A DNA stretch of 64,000 bases. Origin: Sphagnum compactum. Lineage: Eukaryota. The notes beneath the pieces were generated by a model. The model saw nothing but the letters and a program-made list of their open reading frames with translations, was not told the DNA's origin and made no database searches. Numbering within the stretch: the first letter of the stretch is position 1; the number at the start of each line of letters is the position of its first letter. The stretch is taken from contig OZ234494.1 of NCBI GenBank assembly GCA_965153455.1, positions 7,068,001 through 7,132,000 on the forward strand, read 5' to 3'. Positions 25,527 through 38,300 of the stretch are shown here, one piece after another. Position numbers and translations under genes: made by a program.

Positions 25527-27395
25527 CACTAGAGTTCTTTCATAGCTGCTGCTGCAAGACCTAGTGAGCTTGAAGAATTCATTCACATCATGATGAAGAT
25601 GTTGTTCCCCCGGCTAATTTTGCTATGGAGTCTGTTGTTGTTGTTGTTCTCGAGCTGCTGCTTCTCTTCTTAATTCTTCTCATCAGGCTTGGACCATCCG
25701 CACGGACACTCGACACGATCTGGACTGTAGTAGTAGTAAAGACTGCTGGAGAAGAAGAAAGACGACGGAGACGACACACACTCTTGCTTGTTGTTGGCGC
25801 AACACAGGAGCAGGAAGAAGAAGAAGAAGAAGAAGAAGAAGAAGATCCAAGTCCATTGTGGGAAGACGAGTAGTTTCCAACTTCCCTGTTTCCTTTTCCA
25901 AAACCAGATTCACTTCCTCGTGATTACAATGCTCAACGCAACGAGATTTGTGCAAAATGGAAATTCTACAACTTCTTCTGGAGACTAAAGATCGCATGAA
26001 GCTTGAAAGAACAATCTAAGCAGCTCCTGAGCTACGCAAAAGCACAGCCCTGGGAAGAAGACAAAGAATAACAGCTGAAGAAAGACGGAAACACTGTCAA
26101 GAGACTGGATGTAAACAAAGTAGACTAGCTCAGTCAGTGCACACGATGATCTTCCTTCTATTCCGCACCGTGGGGATCCTTACCTCGTGATCCATGATGA
26201 TGAGCGTCGTAAAGCAGCAGCAGCAGCAGCCATAGCTCGGAAAAATCTCGAGGAGCTACTACTACCTCAGTGATCGTCTTCCATAATCTTCGTTGCTGGA
26301 TTGAGAAAAGCTTCCCGAGACGAATTCCTTTAACTCCTTCCTCCGCACAGCAGCATCCCTGTGTCCACTTACAACTTTCTTTCTCATGATTGATGATCCC
26401 TCTTCTTGCCTTCCTTCCTTCCCCCTCCCTTGCATCAAGAAAGTGTCACCTCCAGCAGCAGCAGCTTCTTCTTCTTCATCATCATCTCCGATTCCCTTTC
26501 CGCGATCTCCTCTCTCTTCTTCTACCGATTCACTACTGTCAATCTGTGTACATATATTTCAGTATACATCTTTCTCTCCGATTTCGTCTCCTCCCTCCTC
26601 TCTTCCAAAATCCCGCAACACCCGATGAGTCAGTCAGTCTCAAGACCGAACTCACTCCTCTTACAAACAACAAACAACAACAGCAAGAGACTGGAACACA
26701 AGAAGAGAGCTACCAATTTCCTACTAGTACTAGTACTAGTACTACTTCCTTCTCCCTTCCGCGCGCAACTTAGCTACTTCCGTTACGCAAAGCAGTTGCT
26801 CCCAGCTCCCGTTTCTTCAAGAATCAGTCTCCCCACACACCCCACCCCCCTCCTCTTTCTCCTCTCTCTCTCTTCTCCCCTCCCTTCCCCCCCTCCTCTT
26901 TCGCACCCCACTCACTCCCCACCCTCCCCGGCGGGCCCCGCCCTCCGAACTGGGAGTAAGGCATGACCACAGCACTCCTCCAGCTCATCGGCGCTTCCCA
27001 ACACTCTCTCACTCAAGTCCCTCCCCCACCCTCCGGTCCCTCCACAGCTTACAAACTGCACTCCGCTGCTGCACTTCTTGCGCTCCACAAACCTCTCTCT
27101 TCCTATCTCTCTTTCTATGTCTCGTACAGATCTGTTTTCTCTCGTATCTCTCTTTGTCTCTCTGTTTGTTTTGGCAGCAACCAACTCAACAAACTCAAAC
27201 CAAATCCCACCACCAGAGCAGCAAAACAAAAAAAACAAACCACAAAAAAGAAACGACACCACATCCAACAATTTCTTGCAACCGATTACCAAATCAGCAG
27301 GAGGAGGAGGAAGAGGAAGAAGAAGAAGAAGAAGAAGAAGAAGCTGTTTTTAAAAATTGTGTGTGTGTGTTTTTGAGCTTGGAATTATTATTGTG

Positions 27396-27426
<31 letters not shown>

Positions 27427-27513
27427 CTGCTGGGCAACAACAACAGCACTTTCTCTGCCATTAACCAGTTCTACAACTACCAAAACAGTTACTCCCCTCC
27501 CACCATCGCAATG

Positions 27514-27549
<36 letters not shown>

Positions 27550-27654
27550 TGAACGCGCACCACAACCATGGCAACACCAAAAGGCAACAGAAAACACACC
27601 AACTTGGGAACTGCACTGTGGTAGCAACACGGGAACGTTGACGCTTCTCTTCAA

Positions 27655-28565
27655 CTACGACCGTCAGATTCTAACAGGTTCGCATTTTCGCCCGTCAGAT
27701 TGGATCGATCCAAATCGTCTATGTCCGGTCACAGGAGGGATCCTGCTCTTTGCATCGTCCGTCTGTCACCGTTAGATTCTTGCATGGTTGCATTTCTTGC
27801 CCGTCAGATATTAGATCCCATTCGTGGATGTCCGGTCACGGTAGGGATGAATGTAACTAATCGCTTGGAAAACGAGACAGGAGATTCTTGCAGGTTGCAT
27901 TCTCCGTGGTGGTCCGATTCGATCCAAATCGTGGATGTCCGGTCACAGGATGGATGAATGTACCTCGTCGCTGGAAAAAGGAGACACAAGAGACAGGAGA
28001 TTCTTGTAGGTTGCGTTTCTACCATTAGATATGATCCAAATTGTGTAATGTCCGGTCACAGGTTGAATGAATGTAATCACTGGGGAAAGAGACACACACA
28101 CATACAGAGAACTCTCATTGCATCTATGACCGTTTAGATTCTGGCTGGTTGGAATGGATCCAAATCGTGGATGTAAGGTCAAAGGACGGATGAATGAAAT
28201 CGCTGGAAAAAGAGAGAAAGACAGAGACACAGAGAGAACTCTCATGCATCTGTGTCCGTTAGATTCCTGCAGGTTCCATTCTCAATGGTTGGATTCAATC
28301 CAAATCGTCTATGTCCGATCACAGGAGGGATGCATATAAAACCGCTGGAAAAAGAGACCACAGAGGACCCAGAACTCTCACGTATCTATGACCATTAGAT
28401 TCCCATTCTTTGTGGTTGGATTCGATCCAAATCATGGATGTCCGGTCACAGGAGGGATGAATGTAATCACTGGAAAGAGAAACACACACACACACACAGA
28501 GCAATCTCATGCATCCACCACCGTTGGATACATGTATCACTGCATTGTGGCCGTTCGATTCAACC
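27655..28565. repeat. Degenerate tandem array (~110-130 bp units) upstream of the zinc-finger gene
   Basis: Recurring 'gatccaaatcg..gatgtccggtcacaggagggatgaatgtaa...ctggaaa.gaga' (tccggtca at ~27724, 27831, 27938, 28051, 28441; variants at ~28176, 28314) with ccgttagat-like motifs. Confidence 0.85.
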
Positions 28566-30887
28566 CAAATGGGGTGCGTTTGGACATTTCTTTAACCATG
28601 GAAGGAAGGATGAGGACCCTAAGGTACACAACAAGGGTCACTGGTCTTCTAGGGCCCAAAGACTTGGGGGGCCCCACTACACTACTTTGCCCTTGGGCCA
28701 TCAAAAAAAGTGGTAGGTAGGGCCTGCAGACAGGGGCATTACAAGAATAAGGTGCCCACTCAAGGTGGCACCGTTACACTACTTTTTCCCTTGGATCACC
28801 AAAACATGTGAAAGACCTCGACTTATAAAGAGAGGTTTGGCTGCAAAAGTGGGTCTAAACTAACCTGGCTTTGCTTGTTGGTTGCTTCTTGTGAGTTTAG
28901 TCAGAAAGGGTTGGACTCATTGATTGTATGAATGAAGCTAAATTTGTTCTTGCAAAAAGAAAAGTTACATACTTGCAAAAGTTTATAATTGATTTCCATT
29001 TTTCCTTTGTCAATATGGGCCTAAAAACAAAACAAGGAAAGGAGAGGGGTCCAAAGGTAAGTTCTCAGTCAGGAGAATCTTGTCCCTTGAGTAGTGGTGG
29101 CCCCAAAATGGAATGTGGTTTACGTCCTTACAAAGGAAAGTGAGCAAAATCCAAAGCAACCCAAATCTTTTTAGTGCTTCAAGACATGAGAGAAATACCC
29201 AAAAGCAACCCAACTCTTTTTAGTGCTTCAAGACATGAGAGAGAAATACGGGTTGGCAATTTGTCTATCAAGACCTTTGCATGTGACCGGATGGATACCA
29301 TCTTATGCACAAAACCCTTGGAATAATATCATCCAAAGAGCTTGCACCCCATGCTCATCCCAAAAATATAATCCAAGGATGTATCAAGTACCCCTAAATA
29401 TTCCAACATCTAAAGAATATTAGCATAGTACCTAGGCCAATCCAACACTAAATTATATTACTCTCAGAAATATTGAAATTCTCCCCCCCAAAAAAATTCA
29501 GAATTTTTTTTGTCTTCTGAAAGAAAATAAAGAATCTGATGATGATATATTTGAGAATATATCATTTGTCAAATTGGAATCCTCATAATTAATTAACTAT
29601 TTGACAAACATGTGTCAAAGTGGCCAAGGTACTATAGTAAATTTAATTTTACATAGGCAATTCCAAAACAACTTCTACAATGATTATTGTGTAGTTGTTT
29701 AGTTGTTGGCCATTTAACTACAAATGTGAAGGTAGGATGAATGCTTTAGAATCCTGCCCTATTACTGGCTCTTCAGCTCTCACATGATTTTTGAAATATT
29801 TAGCTAATAAGGACATGAACTCATTCTGAGAAATGTGACTGATAACAAGGTTGAAATGAAGTCCTTCAAATATGTAGTGCAAAATGTGACTTGTAAGTTG
29901 GACCAACCTATGTTTTGTCATGTAGAATCAAAGACTACATTGCAATCAAGTGACTTAAACAGGGCCACAAAATCACACCTCAAGGACAACGCATTATGAT
30001 GGTGCTTTACCATGCTCACCATTCCAAGGGCCTACACTTTTCAACACAAAATTCTAGGCCTGCTGCACTCTAACAAGGCTACTACAGGAAGCATATTTGC
30101 AATTGAAGTCAAGGTTAAACCCTACAAACTCCAGTTTCCTATTTTTGTCACCATAAACACATTTTTATTTGGTGCAAACAGCCATGGCCCTCTACAACTC
30201 ACCTCATAGGGTGGTGCATCCTTGACACCCCTCCTCCACACCCCCCCCTCCCCCCCCCCCTTCCCTTTTTTTTCAATTTGTTATGTAGCATGGGTGGCGA
30301 TCGTCCCTCATAAGATTTATCTTTAAGGGTGGCTTGTTTGAGAAAACTGTGAAAACAAAAGAAAACTAGCAGAAAAATTGCCTTATGTCATTTTGTCATG
30401 GAAACATGTGTTCTTTTAAAATTCACTAAAAAATTCCCTACATGTGAACTGTTTGTTTTCTGGGACAAATGGGCCCAAGTTTCTCAAAACAAAAACAAAA
30501 AAAAATTCGACCCACATATAACGCAAAATGAACTGGGGTGCTAAAATAAAAATCCATAGTTCCTGAGAACAAAGGGGACCCAAGTCCCCTGGGGATTGTA
30601 ATTGTGATAACAATTGCCTAATGTAAATAGAACCCTTAGTTTCATAATCTTATTACTGGACTTTAAAATAAATTGAAAATGAACATGTGACTAAAATGGT
30701 ACAACCTGCCCTCTCACTTTTCTCATAAAGTTCTCATTGCCTGGCTTATAGAAACCTAGAACTTGTGTAAAAGAAATACTGTATCCCCCTTGTCCTCTTG
30801 CTCTTTTTTGGGTTCTCCAACTTTTTTAATTTGCAAATTAGTTTTTTAAGTGTACCCTTGTGGCCAGATGAAAACGCCCTTTCTACC

Positions 30888-31198
30888 TTAATGGGATAAA
30901 AGTGAGGTGCTAGGGAGAACATGTTGGGGAACACATTGGGAACTTGATATGAACCCTTTAATTGGGAACTTAAAGGAAACATAGTGAGAACACATTGGGA
31001 ACCAGGGAAAAATGAAAAAAAAAATCCTTTTCCCTCGGCCTGCCCCATCCAAACTTAAAAGGAAAAAAAAAACAAGGCACCTTGAGTGCATGCTTGGGCC
31101 TTCCCATTGGCTGCATGAAATTTCTCTTCCCAAAAGAGTTCATCACCATTTTTGGTCTGGGCTAATACCCTTTGCAAACAAACACCCTACCTATTGGG
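30888..31198 (+). repeat. Dispersed repeat (gggaacacattgggaac family), second copy inverted at ~63400-63510
   Basis: atgggataaaagtgaggtgc...gggaacacattgggaac here is mirrored by gttcccaatgtgttccc...gcacctggggttttatcccat at 63435-63510. Confidence 0.6.
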
Positions 31199-32559
31199 AT
31201 TTCATTTCACTAGCTTTGCTACCGTGGTACTTTTACCATTTCGGCATAAATTAAATATTTTTTTGTTTTGTTGAATTATCTATTATTTGTGTCAAAATTG
31301 ACAAAACTTTGTTTATTATTTTGTATAATCATTACATATCCAAAACTTCAGAATTAAGAAAACCAAGTATCAAAATTAAGATTTTCAAATTTTAATTAAT
31401 TATTCAACAGTTTGTTGCCGAAATGATAAAAAGACAACAGTATTTCTTTCCCTTTGCACATGTAAAGGTACTTGCATTATTTCCCTACTCATTTCACTTT
31501 GATTGGCAATGTCCATAGCCTACTTGGGAGAGCTTCCAGTTTTCCTTTTGGGTTACCACTGACAAGTGTTGGCTCTTAACTCTTGACCCAAAAAGCTCAT
31601 ATCATGCTTACAATCAATGGGTGTGAAGCCTTCCTTTTGTTATGTTAGTTTAAAGTAGGCTTAAAGGCCAGAGAATGAATGATGTTTTTTTTAATTTTAA
31701 TTGAAGATTGGGTTGCACAGTAAGATGTGCATCAATCACCCCATCACCCCCAAAAGAAAAAGAAATCACTTTGGACCCACCCTCACAACTAATTAATACA
31801 AACAATAAGAGGTACCCAGGCTTCAAATGATTGTGGGTACATATCTACTAGTTTCAGGAAGACAAAATTTTTAATAATCCACAAAGATACCATAAATCTG
31901 CTCTCACAACTCTCTTACAAAGTTGGCCCCCAAAGGTTAGGACAAGTGTTGTCCGGTTATCCAGATTCATCCGGATATGCATATGCATAATGGCTAGATA
32001 TGTATTCGTACATATCCAGATTTTTTAATATTTTTCATAACCGGCTATGTGCACAACCGCTGGATGCCTAATTGCTCTATTATATTATCTTTATCTCTAA
32101 CCATATTCGCCCAAAGAGATTTTCAAAAGTTGATATCCGGCTACTAGGGTTTAAGAAAATGCCAGATATGTATTTCATTTAGGGTCCAAGCTTTTCAGTT
32201 AGGTTTAGGTTTAGGAGGAACAAAAAAATCGTCACCCTCAAGCTTTCGGCACTATGGTTTTTGCATTTTGTGTTTTGTGTTTAACTTTGCTTCGAGCTGC
32301 AAGTTTGTGTTTTCAAGTTCCTTGTTTCATTAGATTAGTGTGTGGTGCTCTATTTTTTTAGTGTTCAGAAATTTCTTTTCTTGTGCTTGGCACTTCGCTC
32401 TTGATGTTTGGTGCTTTGGTTTCTTGGTGCTCTGCTTTCTTTGTGTTCAAGCTTGGTTTTGGATGCAACTTCAAGAGGTGCAACGTGCAACTTGAAGAAA
32501 CTTGAAAAAACTTTTCATAGTAAAGTAAGCTCTAACCCTAAACCTATTTTTTTGTTTAT

Positions 32560-32990
32560 CAAGCACTCTGATTTTTCAGCATTGTTTCTTGGCATTGTTC
32601 TTTCTCAACCACTATGATTTTTCAGTGTTGTTTGGGCACTATGTTTTCTCAAGCAACATGGTTTTCATAGTTGTTTCTAAACATTGTGCTTTCTCAGGCA
32701 CCGTGGTTTCTCGATGTTGTTTCTAGGCACTATGCTTTCTCAAGTGTTGTGGTTTCTCAACATTGTTTCTGGGCGTTATATTTTTTCAAATGTTGTGGTT
32801 CTCAATGTTGTTTGTGGGCAATGTGCTTTCTCAAGCACCGTGGTTTCTTAGCATTGTTTCTGGGCACTGTGTTTTCTCAAGCACCTTAGTTTTTCAACCT
32901 TGTTTTTTGGCACTGTGGTTTCTCAAGGACCATGATTTTTTAGCATTGTTTTTTCAACATTGTGTTTTCTCAAGCATGATGTTTTCTTGG
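32560..32990 (+). repeat. Subterminal ~41-bp tandem repeat of the hAT element
   Basis: About 10 units of the form 'cattgtttctgggcactgtgttttctcaagcaccgtggtttctca'. Confidence 0.85.
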
Positions 32991-34676
32991 CTTTACTCCT
33001 AGTGTTGCACTATATGCTTCCTTCTGACCTTTGCTTGTAACTTTATGCTTCTACACTTTGCACTTTGTGTTTATGCTTCCTTCTTGGCTTTGCTCCAAGT
33101 GTTGTGCTTTCCATTTCCTTTTGGGCTATGCTTTTGGTTTTGTTGCTTGGTGTTTGTGCAAGTTTGCTTCCAAGTTTTGAACACAACCTACAACAGCAAC
33201 CACATTTTGGACTTTGGATGTAACACCCAACAACAAAAAACCATTATGTTTCACAATTGAGGTAAGCTCCTAAACCCTAAACCTTTGATTTATTTATTTT
33301 TGGTTTTGGGAGCTTGAAGTTGAGTATGTTTTGTCTTAGTGTGTCTTCTTTGTTGTGTGTAGGTGCATTGTGCATTCTATCTATTTGTTCGATGGTTGAG
33401 GAGGTAAAATTTTGCATGATTGAGAGTGTGGATGGAGTTGATGAAAATGCATTAACTCCCCGCATTCAAACACCTATAGCTACATCTTCATTTTTAGATG
33501 TTGAAAGTGTCCACCTTCAAACTAGCAATAATGTGTCAAATTCAAATGCTCTCCAACTTGAAACCATAGAAACACAAGCTATTGTTTGGAGGCTTCATCA
33601 GATCTCTATATGCTGGGGATTTTTTGCTATCAATGATAATCATCATGTGGATTTGGAAAACTCGCAAATGTTATGATGTATCGTTTGCAAATTTGAACAA
33701 GCATCTAAAATTGATTTGACACAACGATTTGTTCTCCAAAGGGTTTGATAAAATACAACAAAACCAATGGCATAACTCCCATGAAAACTCATGTGGAAAC
33801 TGCACATCCAGAGTTATGGGCTCAAAGGAAGTAGATTTGTAGTGAGAAGGTGGTAACACTTGATCATACCTGGCAGCCAAGAAAAAAGAGGGCAAGTCCT
33901 TTTAGCTATGTAATTACAACATTATTTGGTGCCAAAAATCCTTATAAAAAAATTGATATGTTCAATTACAGTTTTTTGAAGATTTGGTGTTGTACAACTA
34001 CAAGGGTTACAAGCCATTATCCTTTTGTGAAAACATTTGGCTTTAGAGGTTGGTTTTATGCCAATGTCCCCAAGTTCAATTTCCTTCTTGATCCTCTTTA
34101 GTGGAAGAAGTGTTACCTGCAATGGTGAAAAAAACATTGGACTAGCATGTTTTGCCAAATTTGAAAAATGCAACAACAGTTTTAACCAGTTTTGATCTTT
34201 GGATGTCTCGTGGCGGTGTTGACGCATTTGCTCTAGTTATAAATTTTTTGAATGAAACCTGGGTGTTGATGCATGTTACTATGGGGTTATTTGAAGTTCA
34301 TGAAACTTCCAGGCAATCCATGGCCATACAACTCTAGTCCCTACTGGATAAATATGGATTATTACATCGAGTAATTGCCTTTGTAAAAGATGAGGGCAAT
34401 AATTTGACTCTATGGTAGGAACTCTACAATCAATTATTGACTATGAACCTTTGAAGTTGCTTAAGGTTTACAAGGGTACTTGCTTTGGGCACATAATGTC
34501 TAAAGGGTGTCAGTATGCTACTAATGATGACAAAATTTGATAAATGTTAATGTGAAGGATGCACATGTTAGTTTATAGAAAACAATTACTTAGAAGTTTG
34601 GGAAAGGGAGGCAAGAATGGGAATAGGCTTGTTGTGATAGCAAAATACAACATTGAAAATTAAAAACTCCCATGAA

Positions 34677-35307
34677 AGGTATTTGCAAGCTAGAATGGAT
34701 CACTTTTAACCAATTTTTTGAGTCCTTAAAAGTACGTTTCGCAGTGTCTTTTTTATAGGCTAAAATTTGTAAACTTATAAACTTGTAAAAACGTCCATCT
34801 TTTTCACAAAAGAATGACACATGACCATGTAATACCTCGTAGGCTATAATGTTTGTGAAAAAAAAATTAGGAATTCATAAAAATGTAATAATGATGGACT
34901 TTACCATTTTTGTCAATTTTTGGCTTGTGTAAAAGTCCATAAAACTTTTATGTGACATTCAAATGATTTGCAAACACCCATTTTAAATTACTACCCACAT
35001 TTTTGAGTTTGGAGAAAAAATTAATTTTGTTCATTATAAGCTCAACATATATTAATTCCATTTACACATCCTTTATGTACTATCACATTACAACTAATAT
35101 GCAATGAAAAGTCCCCCATTTGGCGTAGAAAATTCAACTTCAAATAATTCAAAATTCTATCACACTAGATTAAATCACAATCACATACATGAGTCCTTTT
35201 TCATAAAATTTAATAACAATTTGACATGGGACAAATTTTAATCCATAAGGTGCTAAAAAAAATGGACTTTCACACCAAAAGTGATCTGCTCTAGCTTGCA
35301 AATACCT
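34677..35307. mobile_element. Non-autonomous TIR element (MITE, 631 bp) nested in the hAT transposase
   Basis: ~31-bp TIRs aggtatttgcaagctagaatggatcactttt and aaaagtgatctgctctagcttgcaaatacct, flanked by tgaa on both sides. Removing it restores the transposase motif KTPMKTKFASK. Confidence 0.9.
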
Positions 35308-38300
35308 TGAAGACCAAATTTGCAAGCAAGGTCATAATGTTTGAAGAATGTTTATAGTTTAAAGATGTCATTATTATTTGTTATGGAAGGTAAAAAGTTA
35401 TGACTTTGTAACAAAAAGTGCTAAAAGCTCAAGTGTGGGCTATTGCTGAAGCAATCACATATTGCTTAAACCCTATTGTATCGGCATGTGTCATGAATCA
35501 ATCAAGGGGCCACTGGCTGTTGTTAGACATTATGACAACAATTACATTTATTATGAACATGGAAGTAGCATTATTGCCACTTTCTGTTGGGTTTGAAATT
35601 TCTGACTCATTTGAAAGTGAGATCCTTGTTATGCATAAAAATATGCAGTTGAAGGTTATTAAGGTTATCAAACCTTTTTTGCAGTTTCTAAGAACTTTTG
35701 ATGGAGGGTAGGTTCATAATATGATGACCATCATGTTGGATCCGCACTTCAAGTCTTTATGCATTGTGGAAAACTTGTGATGTGGGAATGCCATTCAACT
35801 GACCACTAAATATGATGTCAAAATTGTTATTCCTCTTTTGATGGTCTGTTTTGAACGACTGAACCCTACTACCGTTAATGCACTTGCTGCTGCACTCTGC
35901 TGCAGTAACAGTTGATGTTGTGGGTGAGGAATTTGAAGAAAATATGTTTAGTGTGGGGGCCTCATTTGAAGAATCTTCACGTGCAGTAGTTATTAGAGAG
36001 CTATCTATGTTTAAGAAGCTTCATGTTTTGCCATCTGCATGTGAAGATCCACTAGCATGGTGGTGCATCCATGAAGGCCAATTTCCAAACATGAGCTTGA
36101 TTGTAAAACAAATTATTGAAATCCCAAGTTCACAAATAGAAATTGAGCATGTGTTTAATCTTGCAAGTGTGTTGACAACTTTAAAACACTGTCATTTCCG
36201 ATTGGAAAACATGGATCGGATCATCACAATAGTGAAAAATTGGCCTAATGACTCACACTAGAATTGTGAACCAAATGCAGATTTGAAGGAATACTTAAAA
36301 AAGGAAGATTTTTTGGTAGAGAAGAACTATGACTTGCTTAAAGAAGTCGATTTCTTTGAACAATTGCAAGTTGACAGTGATTAATTTTGTGGTTTGTTTT
36401 TATGGGGGTGTGGTTGGGGTAGGAAACTTGTGATACAATTGGATAGAGTTCTTCATAGTTACTGGGGTTCAATTCCCCAACAAGTTACTTTGTTTTGGAT
36501 TATGCTTGTGTTGTTTTTGTTTTGCTAGATTAGTTTGTAATCTTTTAAGCAACCAAATTTGGAAATCTTGCATACATAACCTTTGTGCATATCTGCCATG
36601 TTTCAAAAACTGAAAATTGGAATATTCATAATTGGTAGATGAAGGAGAAAAATAAAATTATTTATAACTGGCTACTATAGTAGATTGAATTTTTTTGGGA
36701 ATACATATCCTTCCTTGCCCAAAAATAAAATAAAATCTATTATTGGTATCCACAGGTTAGGTCTAGATGTTGATAAACGGACAACAATGGTTAGGACCAG
36801 TGCCCATTATGTTTAACCTAGGCAAGCCCTCATTTGGATTGGAAGACCTTCAATTTCTCTTTGGACAAAATACTTTTTAATGTTCAGAATCATTTAAGAA
36901 ATTTTGTTTAGTAATCTTGGTTGGCTCTAGGTTTGAGATTTTTACCACTGTCGTTGGCCTGTTCCAGGCAATGTTTTTTTTAAGAATTTTTGTTTGTAGC
37001 CAAAGTGGCTATCATCTCTACGAAGATTTAGAAATAGTGGCGATTATCTATGATAAGATTTAGCTACATATGGCTATCAACCAAATATGAAATTAGAATT
37101 CCTTATTTATCTTTCTATATTTTGGCTACACGTTAGAAACCAAGTGCAGAAATCTGACGACTTTTATTACTTTTTTTCTGTCAATTTTGGCGATTGGAAA
37201 ACTCCAAAATCACTTATTTTCAAGTTTTAAAATTTGAAAATTTCTTTTTGGCGAAATTTCACCAATAAATAAAAAGGCTGGTTCCAGGTCTCTTGTACCT
37301 CAGGATTTAAATTCTGGGGAAAAGAAAAATTGAAAACCAGAATTGGCCTTCAAACCTCTATAGTAATGACCCCAATACTAGTCTTGTTTTGTTTTCTAAG
37401 CATGTAATGTATTCCTTTTCCGAGAAGATTGCAAATACATATAATGCCTATGTTAAAGCATAGTTAAACATAGGCAACCAGTTGAACTGGTTGAACTACT
37501 ACCTAATAGCAAACCAGCTGGACCAATCATTTATGTTTGGCCAATAAAAAACAGGGAGTAGCAGTCAGATCACATTTATTACACTCTTCTCTATCAGGTG
37601 CACAGTTTTTGTGCGCAATTTACCAGCAGCCTCAGCAAACTGAACACGTACGTACTCAGGAGCGAAACCATTTCCTGAGCGAAACCATTTTCCTGAGCTA
37701 AACCGGCATGTTTTGACTTTTCTTCATCTCGATTTAATGTGCAGGGTCGCATACTGACCACCGGTGGGAATGCTTTTTTAGTACTTACAAATCTTGGGCT
37801 GTGTATAGGTGAAACTGGATTTGGTTTGGATGAAAAGAAATAATTCTGTGAAGAAGCAACAAACTGAAATTTTAAGATGTAAAGAAATCAGGGTCTCAAA
37901 CTTATCAAATTTTTTTGATCTAATTAAGAAAATTAATTAGCACTGGAACTTGATGTCTATCAAATCAAAATAATTGGTACAATGAAGATCAAAGGCTTTT
38001 TGTAAGATTTTTACCATGGCAAAATTATTAGTGTTGGATGGTTCAATGGTTTTTCTGAGAATCATCGGATCCAGGTTTTAAAAGAGATTTTAGAACAGCC
38101 CCAATTTTCATTCTTTAAAAAAATATATATCATCTTGAAGAGACCTGGGCAGTGTTTCAATTTTTTTGAAAAAAAAATTCGCTGATTTTCAAAGTGCCGG
38201 TTCTTACACATTTCACACCAGCCAGTTTTCAAGGGTGGTTTTCACATACTGGTTAACAAAAGTTCAATTATTTTGAACTTCAAATTTTTATTTTTAAAAT

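Larger units (their letters stand above)
31944..36789 (+). mobile_element. Full-length but decayed hAT DNA transposon
   Basis: 18-bp TIRs aagtgttgtccggttatc and gataaacggacaacaatg (15/18 match). Perfect 8-bp TSD gttaggac at 31936-31943 and 36790-36797. Transposase remnants 33400-36380: BED-like 'CWGFF...C..C', 'SFDLWMSRGGVDAF', 'KDEG.NL', 'DPLAWW...FPN...SSQIEIEHVF'. Confidence 0.93.

Noticed and set aside
26386-27654. Many overlapping 60-186 aa ORFs
   Set aside because: Products of (GAA)n, (CT)n and (CTG)n microsatellites and low-complexity sequence.
27655-28565. Repeat array considered as CRISPR-like
   Set aside because: Eukaryotic context; units are degenerate along their whole length, with no invariant repeat/unique spacer pattern and no cas genes.
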